DNA from: Acidobacteriota bacterium | Lineage (GTDB): Bacteria; Acidobacteriota; Vicinamibacteria; Vicinamibacterales; CAVVIG01 | Reading direction: 5' to 3' | NCBI GenBank assembly: GCA_046728115.1 | Contig: JBKPDW010000072.1 | Location: forward strand, 1,166-65,165 | DNA: 64,000 nucleotides | Shown here: positions 1 to 8,360 of the stretch, in pieces | Numbering within the stretch: the first letter of the stretch is position 1 | How the letters are laid out: each line of letters starts with the position of its first letter | Position numbers and translations under genes: made by a program | The notes under the pieces: model-generated | Told to the model about the DNA's origin: nothing | What the model saw: only the letters and a program-made list of their open reading frames with translations | Database searches by the model: none

Positions 1-742
<742 letters not shown>

Positions 743-856
743 AATCTCGTAAGATACCGCAGGAGCCGCTCGCTCGAGGCTCGCCTCCGTGTCACTTTCG
801 GAGGTCGTCGGTGGAGCGCGAGGCTTTAGGCGACCGGCGCTGTTTCAGGAGGCGCG

Positions 857-1636
857 ATGCGGGAGGTTCTTGTTTGTAGCGCGGGCCTCATGCTGATTGT
901 TGCAGGCATGACCGCGCAGGAGCACAGCTACACACCGGCCGACATCGAGAGCGGCTCGAAGCTGTATCAGGCGAGCTGCGCCGGCTGTCACGGTCCGAAC
1001 GGCGACATGGTGCCCGGCGTCGACCTGCTGCGCAATCAGTTCCGGCGCGCCACGAGCGACCCGGAAATCGTCCACATCATTCAGGCCGGCATTCCCGGCA
1101 CCACGATGCCGCCGAGCAGCTTCACCGAGACCCAGGCCGGATCGATTGTCGCGTTTCTGCGCTCGGCGTCACCGGCCTCCGGTCGTGGAGGCGCGATGGC
1201 GAGCGTGCCGCGGGGCGACATGACGAACGGCCGTGCGATCTTCACGGGGAAAGGGCAGTGCGCGACCTGTCACCGCGTCAACGGCGACGGTCCGCGCCTC
1301 GCGCCCGAGCTCACCGACATCGGCACGATTCGTCAGCCGCTGGAGCTCCAGGAAAAAATCCTCGATCCGAATCGACTCGTGAGGCCCGCGAATCGCAGCG
1401 TCGAGGTCGTGATGAAGGACGGCACGAAGATCGGGGGACATCTGCTGAATCAGGATACGTTCACCATTCAGCTGCTCGATTCGCGCGAGCGGCTCGTATC
1501 GCTGTCACGCGCCGATGTGCAGGAATTCAACGTCCTCAAGGACTCTCCAATGCCGTCGTATCGCAACAAGCTGACGCCCGACGAAATCAACGACGTCGTG
1601 GCGTACCTGGTTTCTTTGAAAGGGCTCCGGCCATGA
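857..1636 (+). CDS. Secreted di-haem c-type cytochrome (CAGCH and CATCH) with a C-terminal extension
   Basis: ORF 857..1636 has a hydrophobic N-terminus and two CxxCH motifs. A CAGGAGG Shine-Dalgarno lies at 846-852. The stop overlaps the next start (ATGA at 1633-1636). Paralogue of 25727..26560. Confidence 0.85.
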   Translation: MREVLVCSAGLMLIVAGMTAQEHSYTPADIESGSKLYQASCAGCHGPNGDMVPGVDLLRNQFRRATSDPEIVHIIQAGIPGTTMPPSSFTETQAGSIVAFLRSASPASGRGGAMASVPRGDMTNGRAIFTGKGQCATCHRVNGDGPRLAPELTDIGTIRQPLELQEKILDPNRLVRPANRSVEVVMKDGTKIGGHLLNQDTFTIQLLDSRERLVSLSRADVQEFNVLKDSPMPSYRNKLTPDEINDVVAYLVSLKGLRP

Positions 1637-3309
1637 CGGTCCGAGGCGAGCGCACCATCCGACGTTTGCTGCTCCTGCTCGCGTTTGCTGGCGCCGGGTC
1701 GGTGCTCGGCGCGCAGCAGCAGGTGACTTTCGATCGCATCCTTCGCGCAAGCCAGGAGCCGCAGAACTGGCTGACCTACTCCGGCAGCCTGGCCGGCCAT
1801 CGCTACACGCTGCTGACGCAGATCACGCCTGCCAACGTCCGAAACGTGGAATTGCAGTGGGTGTTTCAGACGCGGACACCGGCAGAGCCGGCCGAGAAAT
1901 TCGAGGCCACTCCGCTGGTGGTGGACGGCGTCATGTATACCGTCCTGGCGCCGAATCACGTCGTCGCGCTGGATGCGGCGACCGGCCGGATGTTCTGGAT
2001 GTACTCGCCGCGGCTGTCGCCGCTGGCACGCGTCTGCTGCGGCCGCGTGAACCGCGGGCTGGCGATCCTCGGCGAGACGCTCTTCATGGGGACGATCGAC
2101 GGTCATCTGATCGCGATTGATGCAAAAACGGGCCGCCCGGTCTGGGACGTCTCGCTGTCGAAACCCGAACTCGGATATTCCTTCACGATGGCGCCGCTCA
2201 TCGTCAAGGACAAGGTCATCATGGGACCGGCCGGCGGCGAGTACGGCATTCGCGGATTCATCGCGGCGTTCGACGCCAAGACCGGAGGCGAGGTCTGGCG
2301 CTTCAACACGGTCCCGGGGCCGGGCGAGCCCGGACACGAGACCTGGCCGGCGAACAGCGACGCGTGGCAGCGCGGTGGCGGATCGATTTGGACGACCGGC
2401 GCCTACGATCCCGAGTTGAATCTGATGTACTTCGGCACGGGCAATCCCGGTCCGGACTGGAACGGAGATCCGCGCCCCGGCGACAACCTTTACACCGATT
2501 CGGTGGTCGCGCTCGATCCCGACACCGGCCGTCTGAAGTGGCACTACCAGTTCACGCCCCACGACGAGTTCGACTACGACTCGACGCAGGTGCCGGTGCT
2601 CACCGATCTCGCGTGGCAGGGTCGCCAGCGGAAGGTCATGCTGTGGGCGAATCGGAACGGCTTCTGGTACGTGCTGGATCGCGTGACGGGCGAATTTCTG
2701 CAGGGCAAGCCGTTCGTGCGCGTGAATTGGGCCGAGGAGATCGACTCCAAGGGCGTTCCGAAACGCTTGCTGAATGCGACCCCTGAAGGCACGCTGGTCT
2801 ATCCGAACAATCAAGGCGCCACGAACTGGTATTCGCCGTCGTACAGCCCCCGGACCGGCTACTTCTACATCCCGACGTGGATGGACACCTACTCGACCTA
2901 CACGAAGGCGCCGGTCGAATACAAAGAAGGCAATCAGTACGTCGGCCGGTTTCCGACGATGACCGTGCCGGCACTGCGGACGGGACCGGGTGCGGTCAAC
3001 CAGCGAACGCCGCAGGAAGGATACGGCGCGATCCAGGCGTTCGATCCAAGAAGCGGCGAGCTGAAATGGCAATTCAAGATGAGCGACGTGACCGACAGCG
3101 GCGTGCTGACGACGGCGACCGATCTCGTCTTTGCAGGCGGCCGGGAGGGCTACTTCTTCGCACTCGACGCGCGCAGCGGCGAGATGCTGTGGAAGGGGAA
3201 CGTCGGCGGTCAGGTCTCGGCCGGGCCGATGTCGTACGCGGTTGGTGGCAAGCAGTACGTCGCGATCGCCGCAGGAAGCGCGCTGTTCGTGTACGGTCTA
3301 CGACAATGA
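1633..3309 (+). CDS. PQQ-dependent dehydrogenase, methanol/ethanol family (paralogue 1), D-Y-D lanthanide-type motif
   Basis: Track ORF 1258..3309 trimmed to Met126 (MTVRGERTIRRLLLLLAFAGAG..., signal-like). Family blocks present: NWLTYSG, vicinal Cys in ARVCCGRVNRG, GGSIWTTGAYDPELNLMYFGTGNPGP, HDEFDYDST. Confidence 0.9.
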   Translation: MTVRGERTIRRLLLLLAFAGAGSVLGAQQQVTFDRILRASQEPQNWLTYSGSLAGHRYTLLTQITPANVRNVELQWVFQTRTPAEPAEKFEATPLVVDGVMYTVLAPNHVVALDAATGRMFWMYSPRLSPLARVCCGRVNRGLAILGETLFMGTIDGHLIAIDAKTGRPVWDVSLSKPELGYSFTMAPLIVKDKVIMGPAGGEYGIRGFIAAFDAKTGGEVWRFNTVPGPGEPGHETWPANSDAWQRGGGSIWTTGAYDPELNLMYFGTGNPGPDWNGDPRPGDNLYTDSVVALDPDTGRLKWHYQFTPHDEFDYDSTQVPVLTDLAWQGRQRKVMLWANRNGFWYVLDRVTGEFLQGKPFVRVNWAEEIDSKGVPKRLLNATPEGTLVYPNNQGATNWYSPSYSPRTGYFYIPTWMDTYSTYTKAPVEYKEGNQYVGRFPTMTVPALRTGPGAVNQRTPQEGYGAIQAFDPRSGELKWQFKMSDVTDSGVLTTATDLVFAGGREGYFFALDARSGEMLWKGNVGGQVSAGPMSYAVGGKQYVAIAAGSALFVYGLRQ

Positions 3310-3310
3310 C

Positions 3311-3393
3311 ATTTCAGACTCAGAATTCAGATTTGACTCACCGCTCTGACATCAAACTGAAATCAATCTGCACTCTGAACGCGGAAATCTGAA
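3311..3393. repeat. AT-rich spacer with TCAGA-type units (left) and TCTGA-type units (right); 9-bp inverted repeat TTCAGATTT (3326-3334) / AAATCTGAA (3385-3393)
   Basis: Read directly between the convergent stops at 3309 and 3403. Same heptamer family as 17900-17922, 39183-39228 and 63937-63959. Confidence 0.6.
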
Positions 3394-3402
3394 CTGCCAC
3401 TG

Positions 3403-4515
3403 TCACTCTGGCCAGACTTCACGTGCGGTGTCGACGATGAGGCGCAGCTTCGCCCACTGTTCGCCTTCGCTGATCTGATTCCCCTCGACCGTGCTCGAGA
3501 AGCCGCACTGTGGGCTCAGGCACATGTTCTCAAGCGGCATGTAGCGCGCGGCGTCCTTGATGCGCGCGATGAGGTCCTGTCGCGATTCCAGCGCGCCCAC
3601 CTTCGTGGTCACCAATCCGAGCACGACCGTCTTCTCTTTCGGCACGAGCCGCAGCGGCCGAAAATCGCCGGCACGCTCGTCGTCGTACTCGAGGAAATAG
3701 GCGTCGACGTTCAGCTGGTTGAACAGGACGTCGGCTACCGGCTCGTATCCGCCCTCGGCAACCCACGCGCTCTTGAAATTGCCGCGACACAGGTGGACGG
3801 CAACGGTCAGGTCCTTCGGACGGCCGTCGATCACGGCGTTGATGAGCGCAGCGTAGGCGCGCGGAAGCTGGTCGGGATCGTGACCGCGTTCGCGGGCGCC
3901 CGCGCGGAGTTTCGGATCGCACAGGTACGCGAGGTTCGTGTCGTCCATCTGGAGATAGCGGCAGCCGGCCTGGTAGAGCGAGTTCATCTCGTCGCGGTAG
4001 CACTGCGCCAGATCAGCGAAGAACTCGTCCATGTCGGGGTAGGCGTTGATGTCGATCGTCTGTCGCCCGCCGCGAAAATGCACCATCGTCGGCGATGGGA
4101 TCGTGACCTTGGGCGTTTGCGTCGTCACGGACTCGAGGAATTCGAAATCCGCTTTCTGAATGTCGACAACATGGCGCAGCTTGCCCGTAACCGAGAGGCT
4201 CGGTGGCGCGAAGTCGATGACCCCGGTGCGGCTGTGGAATTTCGTTTCAATCCCGCCGGTGACCGTCACGCCTTCGAGCTTTTCCAGAAAGTCGATGTGG
4301 AAGAAGGTGCGGCGGAATTCGCCGTCGGTGATGCTCTTCAGCCCGACGTCTTGCTGCTTCTTTACGACCTCACGGATGTGCGTGTCTTCGATCTGTCGGA
4401 GCTCGGCCTTCGAGATGGCGCCCGCCTGCTGCCGCCGGCGCGCCTCGATGAGCGCCGGCGGCCTCAGAAGGCTGCCGACGTGGTCTGCGCGGAACGGTGG
4501 ATTCGTCTTCGACAT
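3403..4515 (-). CDS. Cobalamin-independent methionine synthase family protein (MetE C-terminal-domain-like, ~370 aa)
   Basis: MSKTNPPFRADHVGSLLRPPALIEARRR...ITDGEFRRTFFHIDFL... and the C-terminal CGFSS block resemble the short MetE-like methyltransferase family. Confidence 0.8.
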   Translation of the reverse strand: MSKTNPPFRADHVGSLLRPPALIEARRRQQAGAISKAELRQIEDTHIREVVKKQQDVGLKSITDGEFRRTFFHIDFLEKLEGVTVTGGIETKFHSRTGVIDFAPPSLSVTGKLRHVVDIQKADFEFLESVTTQTPKVTIPSPTMVHFRGGRQTIDINAYPDMDEFFADLAQCYRDEMNSLYQAGCRYLQMDDTNLAYLCDPKLRAGARERGHDPDQLPRAYAALINAVIDGRPKDLTVAVHLCRGNFKSAWVAEGGYEPVADVLFNQLNVDAYFLEYDDERAGDFRPLRLVPKEKTVVLGLVTTKVGALESRQDLIARIKDAARYMPLENMCLSPQCGFSSTVEGNQISEGEQWAKLRLIVDTAREVWPE

Positions 4516-4601
4516 CGAGGAACCTCAGGCGCTAATAGGGCCAGCGCCGTAACGGAAAGACGATCTTTGTCCGTCCGGATTTTACGCTAGAGTAGTGCGG
4601 C

Positions 4602-5477
4602 ATGCGACGCCGGGAGTTTCTGGCAGCGCTGGCCGCAACGGGGCTGGCGCCGGCCGCGCGGGCGCAGTCGCCGCCGGGCACCGTCCGCAAGGGGCGGATC
4701 AAGCAGGCGCTGATGCGCTTCAACTTCGGGCGCGACACGAAGCTGTCGTTCGACGACATGTGCCGCGAGGCCGCGCGCGTCGGCTGCCACGGCTTCGATC
4801 TCGTCGGGCCGCAGGACTGGCCGACGCTCAAGAAGTACGGGCTCATCTGCACCATGGCGCCAGCCATGGGCGTCACCATCAGCGACGGGCTGATTCGGCC
4901 GGAACTCCACGATGCAATCGAGCGCGCGATGCACAGCGAGATCGATCAGTGCGCCGCGAATGGATACCCGAACATCATCACGGTCGGCGGCGAGCGGCGC
5001 GGCATCGGCTACGAAGAGGGGAAAGACCACGCGGTCGCCGTGCTCAACCGGGTGAAGGCGCACGCGGAAGACAAGGGCGTCACGATCTGCATTGAGGTCG
5101 TCAACAGCAAGTACACCGATCCCGAGTTCGGCCGCGCCGACGCCATCTTCGACCACCTGGCCTGGGGCGTGGATCTGTGCAAGCGCGTGAGCTCGCCGCG
5201 AGTGAAGATCCTCTTCGACATCTACCACGTCCAGATCATGGAGGGTGATGTCTGCGCCAACATTCGCGAGTACTTCCCCTGGATCGCCCACTTTCACGCG
5301 GCCGGTGTCCCGGGCCGCCACGAGCTCGACGACACACAGGAGATCAATTACCGGTTTGTGGCGAAGACGATCGCGGACCTCGGGTTCACCGGCTACGTCG
5401 CGCACGAGTACCGGCCCTCACCGGGACGCGACCCGCTCGAGAGCCTGAAGCAGGTTTTCCAAATCATGGACGTGTGA
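4602..5477 (+). CDS. Hydroxypyruvate isomerase-like / xylose-isomerase-like TIM-barrel protein with a Tat-type signal
   Basis: MRRREFLAALAATGLAPAARA twin-arginine leader. The C-terminal block DIYHVQIMEGDV...HFHAAGVPGRHELDDTQEINY...GYVAHEY is typical of Hyi-family proteins. Confidence 0.8.
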   Translation: MRRREFLAALAATGLAPAARAQSPPGTVRKGRIKQALMRFNFGRDTKLSFDDMCREAARVGCHGFDLVGPQDWPTLKKYGLICTMAPAMGVTISDGLIRPELHDAIERAMHSEIDQCAANGYPNIITVGGERRGIGYEEGKDHAVAVLNRVKAHAEDKGVTICIEVVNSKYTDPEFGRADAIFDHLAWGVDLCKRVSSPRVKILFDIYHVQIMEGDVCANIREYFPWIAHFHAAGVPGRHELDDTQEINYRFVAKTIADLGFTGYVAHEYRPSPGRDPLESLKQVFQIMDV

Positions 5478-5491
5478 GCGGCCGAGGGTTG

Positions 5492-5528
5492 GGGAGTAGG
5501 GAGTAGAGATTGGATTGGGGGTAGGGAG
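5492..5528 (+). repeat. Purine-rich simple repeat GGGAGTA x2 followed by GATTGGATTGGGGGTAGGGAG
   Basis: Read directly in the spacer 5478-5533. The last GGGAG (5523-5527) can serve as Shine-Dalgarno for the ATG at 5534. Confidence 0.5.
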
Positions 5529-5533
5529 CCAGT

Positions 5534-7810
5534 ATGAAACGTATTCCCCGGTGGATTGCCTTTGTTCTCATCAGCGGCGTCATTGCTGGGCTCCTTGTTT
5601 ACTCCGCCGACGGCGTGCACGCGCAGCGGCGAGCTCCAGAGGGGTACATCTCCGGCGTGGTCAAAAGCGCGCAGGGCGCCGAGGCCGGCGTCTGGGTCAT
5701 CGCCGAGACCAAGGATCTCCCGACCAATTTCATCAAGATCGTCGTCACCGACGATCAGGGCCGATTCATGATGCCGGAGCTGCCCCCCGCGAGCTACAGC
5801 GTCTGGGTCAGGGGCTATGGTCTCGTCGATTCGACGCCAGTGCAGATGAAGCCGCGCACCGACAGCGTGACGTTGACGGCGGTGGCGGCGAAGACGCCGC
5901 TGGAAGCGGCGAAGGTGTACCCGGGCAACTATTGGCTATCGCTGCTCGAGCCGCCCGCCGCGAGCGAGTTTCCGGGCACGGGACCGCAGGGCAACGGACT
6001 CGGGCCGGCGATGCAGAGTCAGAACCACTGGATCAACTCGCTGAAATCGGACTGCAACTTCTGTCATCAGCTCGGGAACGCTGAGACGCGCTCCGTGGAT
6101 CACGTCCTCCAGGCCAAGCCCGAGCTGAAAACGCACGCCGAAGCATGGGAATGGCGGCTCGGCACCGGCGTGCGCGGGACGGCCATGTATGCGGTGATCA
6201 ACACGCAGGGGAAGGAACGCTCGCTGAAGACGTATGCCGATTGGACCGAGCGCATCGCCAAGGGCGAGGTGCCGCCCTCGCCGGCACGTCCGACCGGCGT
6301 CGAGCGCAATCTCGTGGTCACGCTGTGGGACGTCGGCGACGATCATTCGTTTATGCACGACGAGATTTCGACCGACAAGAACCATCCGACCGTGAACGCG
6401 AATGGACGCGTCTACGCGGTGTCGGCAGGCCACGGGCAGCTCGTGGCGCTGGATCCGTACGAAAACAGCACGTTCACCATGGACATTCCAACGCGGGAAG
6501 CCAAGGAAAAAGTGCCGTCGCGGTTTCCGGCGCCGAATCGGCCGTCGCTCCATTGGGGCAACGAGCACTTGTGGGGAAACCCGCCGTACGATCCGGCCGA
6601 CCCGCACAACCCGATGTTCGACAGCAAGGGCCGCGTCTGGATGACGTCGAAGATTCGCAGCAATGCCGATCCATCGTGGTGCAGCGATGTCACCAACAAA
6701 TTCGCGGAATGGTTCCCGCTCCGCAACAGTGCCCGTCAGGCGTCCTACTACGATCCCAGGACCAACAAATTCACGTTGATCGACACCTGCTTCAGCACGC
6801 ACCACCTGCAATTCGACAACGATCCCGACGAGACGCTGTATTTCAACGAGCTCACTGGTCCGATGTTCGGCTGGATCGACACGAAGGTGTACGACGAGAC
6901 CCATGACGAGCAGAAGGCGGTCGGCTGGTGCGGCCAGGTGCTCGACACCAACGGCGACGGCAAGATCACGAAACCGTGGAACATGCCAGCAGGTCGCGGC
7001 GGCGATTCAGTGGTCTACCAGGGCGACACGGCCGGAGCGCCTGCGCCGGGAAATGCGGCCGCAGCCGGTGCACGCGCAGCGCCAGCGGGCCGCGGTGCGC
7101 CGCCGTTCGACCCCAAACTGGACACGATGGTCAGCTACAGCATGTATTCGGTGATTCCGAGCCCCGTGGACGACACTGTCTGGGGTGCCAGCGAGCGATT
7201 CCCGGGATATCTCATTCGTCTGCAGCGGGGCAGCAATCCGCCCGCCACTTGCATGACGCAGATCTTCAAGGTCCCCGAACCCGGCTTCGATCCCCGGGGC
7301 ATCGACATCGACAGCCACGGCGTGGTCTGGACGGCCCTGGCTGCCAGTAGTCATCTCGCGAGCTTCGACGTCCGCAAGTGCAAGGATCTTGACGGTCCGG
7401 CCAGGACCGACGGCAGTCTGTGCCGCGAAGGCTGGACTCTCTATCAGACGAAGGGACCGAAATTGCGGGGGACGGAAATCCCGGCCGACTTTCACTATTA
7501 CAACTGGGTGGATCAGCACAACATCTCGGGATTCGGCGCCGATACGCCGTTCGCCACCGGGTCGAATTCCGATGCGCTGCTGGCGCTGAACCCGCAGACG
7601 CGCGAGTGGATCACGTTGCGGGTGCCCTATCCGCTCGGTTTCTACTCGCGCGGGATGGACGGCCGGATCGACGATCCCAACGCAGGATGGAAAGGCCGCG
7701 CGCTGTATGCGAATTACGGTACGCACTTCGTGTGGCACATCGAGGGGGGCAAAGGCACGAAGGGCAAGATCGTCAAGTTCCAGATTCGGCCGACTCCGAT
7801 GGCTCGATAG
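5534..7810 (+). CDS. Secreted CarboxypepD_reg-like domain protein with one CxxCH (CNFCH, 6053-6067) and a large beta-propeller-like C-terminal region
   Basis: N-terminal signal, then GYISGVVKSAQGAEAGVWVIAET...DDQGRFMMPELPPASYSVWVRGYG (carboxypeptidase-regulatory fold pattern). Same architecture as 56313..58031. Confidence 0.75.
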   Translation: MKRIPRWIAFVLISGVIAGLLVYSADGVHAQRRAPEGYISGVVKSAQGAEAGVWVIAETKDLPTNFIKIVVTDDQGRFMMPELPPASYSVWVRGYGLVDSTPVQMKPRTDSVTLTAVAAKTPLEAAKVYPGNYWLSLLEPPAASEFPGTGPQGNGLGPAMQSQNHWINSLKSDCNFCHQLGNAETRSVDHVLQAKPELKTHAEAWEWRLGTGVRGTAMYAVINTQGKERSLKTYADWTERIAKGEVPPSPARPTGVERNLVVTLWDVGDDHSFMHDEISTDKNHPTVNANGRVYAVSAGHGQLVALDPYENSTFTMDIPTREAKEKVPSRFPAPNRPSLHWGNEHLWGNPPYDPADPHNPMFDSKGRVWMTSKIRSNADPSWCSDVTNKFAEWFPLRNSARQASYYDPRTNKFTLIDTCFSTHHLQFDNDPDETLYFNELTGPMFGWIDTKVYDETHDEQKAVGWCGQVLDTNGDGKITKPWNMPAGRGGDSVVYQGDTAGAPAPGNAAAAGARAAPAGRGAPPFDPKLDTMVSYSMYSVIPSPVDDTVWGASERFPGYLIRLQRGSNPPATCMTQIFKVPEPGFDPRGIDIDSHGVVWTALAASSHLASFDVRKCKDLDGPARTDGSLCREGWTLYQTKGPKLRGTEIPADFHYYNWVDQHNISGFGADTPFATGSNSDALLALNPQTREWITLRVPYPLGFYSRGMDGRIDDPNAGWKGRALYANYGTHFVWHIEGGKGTKGKIVKFQIRPTPMAR

Positions 7811-8006
7811 TTACAAGAAAGGTACAAGCACCGACCTCGCTTGACCGACGCGTTGGATACCGCGATCCGCCGCGCTGGATCTGCCGGGGTGATGAATACC
7901 CAGCGGATCTATTCGCCACGCCGAGGTTCGCGGAACTCATCCATCTCAAAAGATCATCGCCAGTTGAACGTCGTGTGGCAGTAAGATTCCACGTCAACGC
8001 ACGTCC

Positions 8007-8348
8007 ATGACGCGATACTCGACGCTGTTACCGACGGTGGTCCTGCTCGCATCGTGGCTGTCTTCGACCGCGACGGCACAGGAGCCCGCGCGCGGACGCG
8101 GCGCGGCCCCGCCACGGGCCACACGGCCGCCGCTTTTCCTGCGTGAGGAATGGAAGCAGACGCCGGCCGGCGGCGAGCATCCGGTCGTTCTCTCTGAGGC
8201 CCTTTCAAACCCGAACATCGAACTCGAGTTGTACAGCGCCGCCGGCAAGGATATCCAGTTGGAAGCGGCCATGGTCCCGGAGGCTGGATCGATATCGCGA
8301 CGATTGAGATCTTCGCGAGGTCGATCGACTGATGATGGCTCAGGTTGA
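8007..8348 (+). CDS. Hypothetical small secreted protein (C-terminal third doubtful)
   Basis: The signal-like N-terminus MTRYSTLLPTVVLLASWLSSTATAQE and first ~85 residues look coding. The tail SISRRLRSSRGRSTDDGSG looks non-coding. Confidence 0.3.
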   Translation: MTRYSTLLPTVVLLASWLSSTATAQEPARGRGAAPPRATRPPLFLREEWKQTPAGGEHPVVLSEALSNPNIELELYSAAGKDIQLEAAMVPEAGSISRRLRSSRGRSTDDGSG

Positions 8349-8360
8349 ACGAGGTGTTTC

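Noticed and set aside
1468-3072. 534-aa minus-strand ORF antisense to PQQ dehydrogenase 1
   Set aside because: Arg/Ala/Pro/Gly-rich with no family resemblance. It fully overlaps a gene with strong family signatures. This is a typical GC3-driven shadow ORF.
4516-4601. Riboswitch (cobalamin/SAM) upstream of the MetE-like gene
   Set aside because: The divergent spacer is only 86 nt, and none of the conserved riboswitch cores were recognisable.
8282-8332. Alternative frame ending ...GGWIDIATIEIFARSID-stop as the true C-terminus of the small ORF 8007..8348 (frameshift)
   Set aside because: The tail looks more protein-like than the listed one. But the same frame further upstream reads QRRRQGYPVGSGHGPGG, and I cannot identify a family to anchor a frameshift call.
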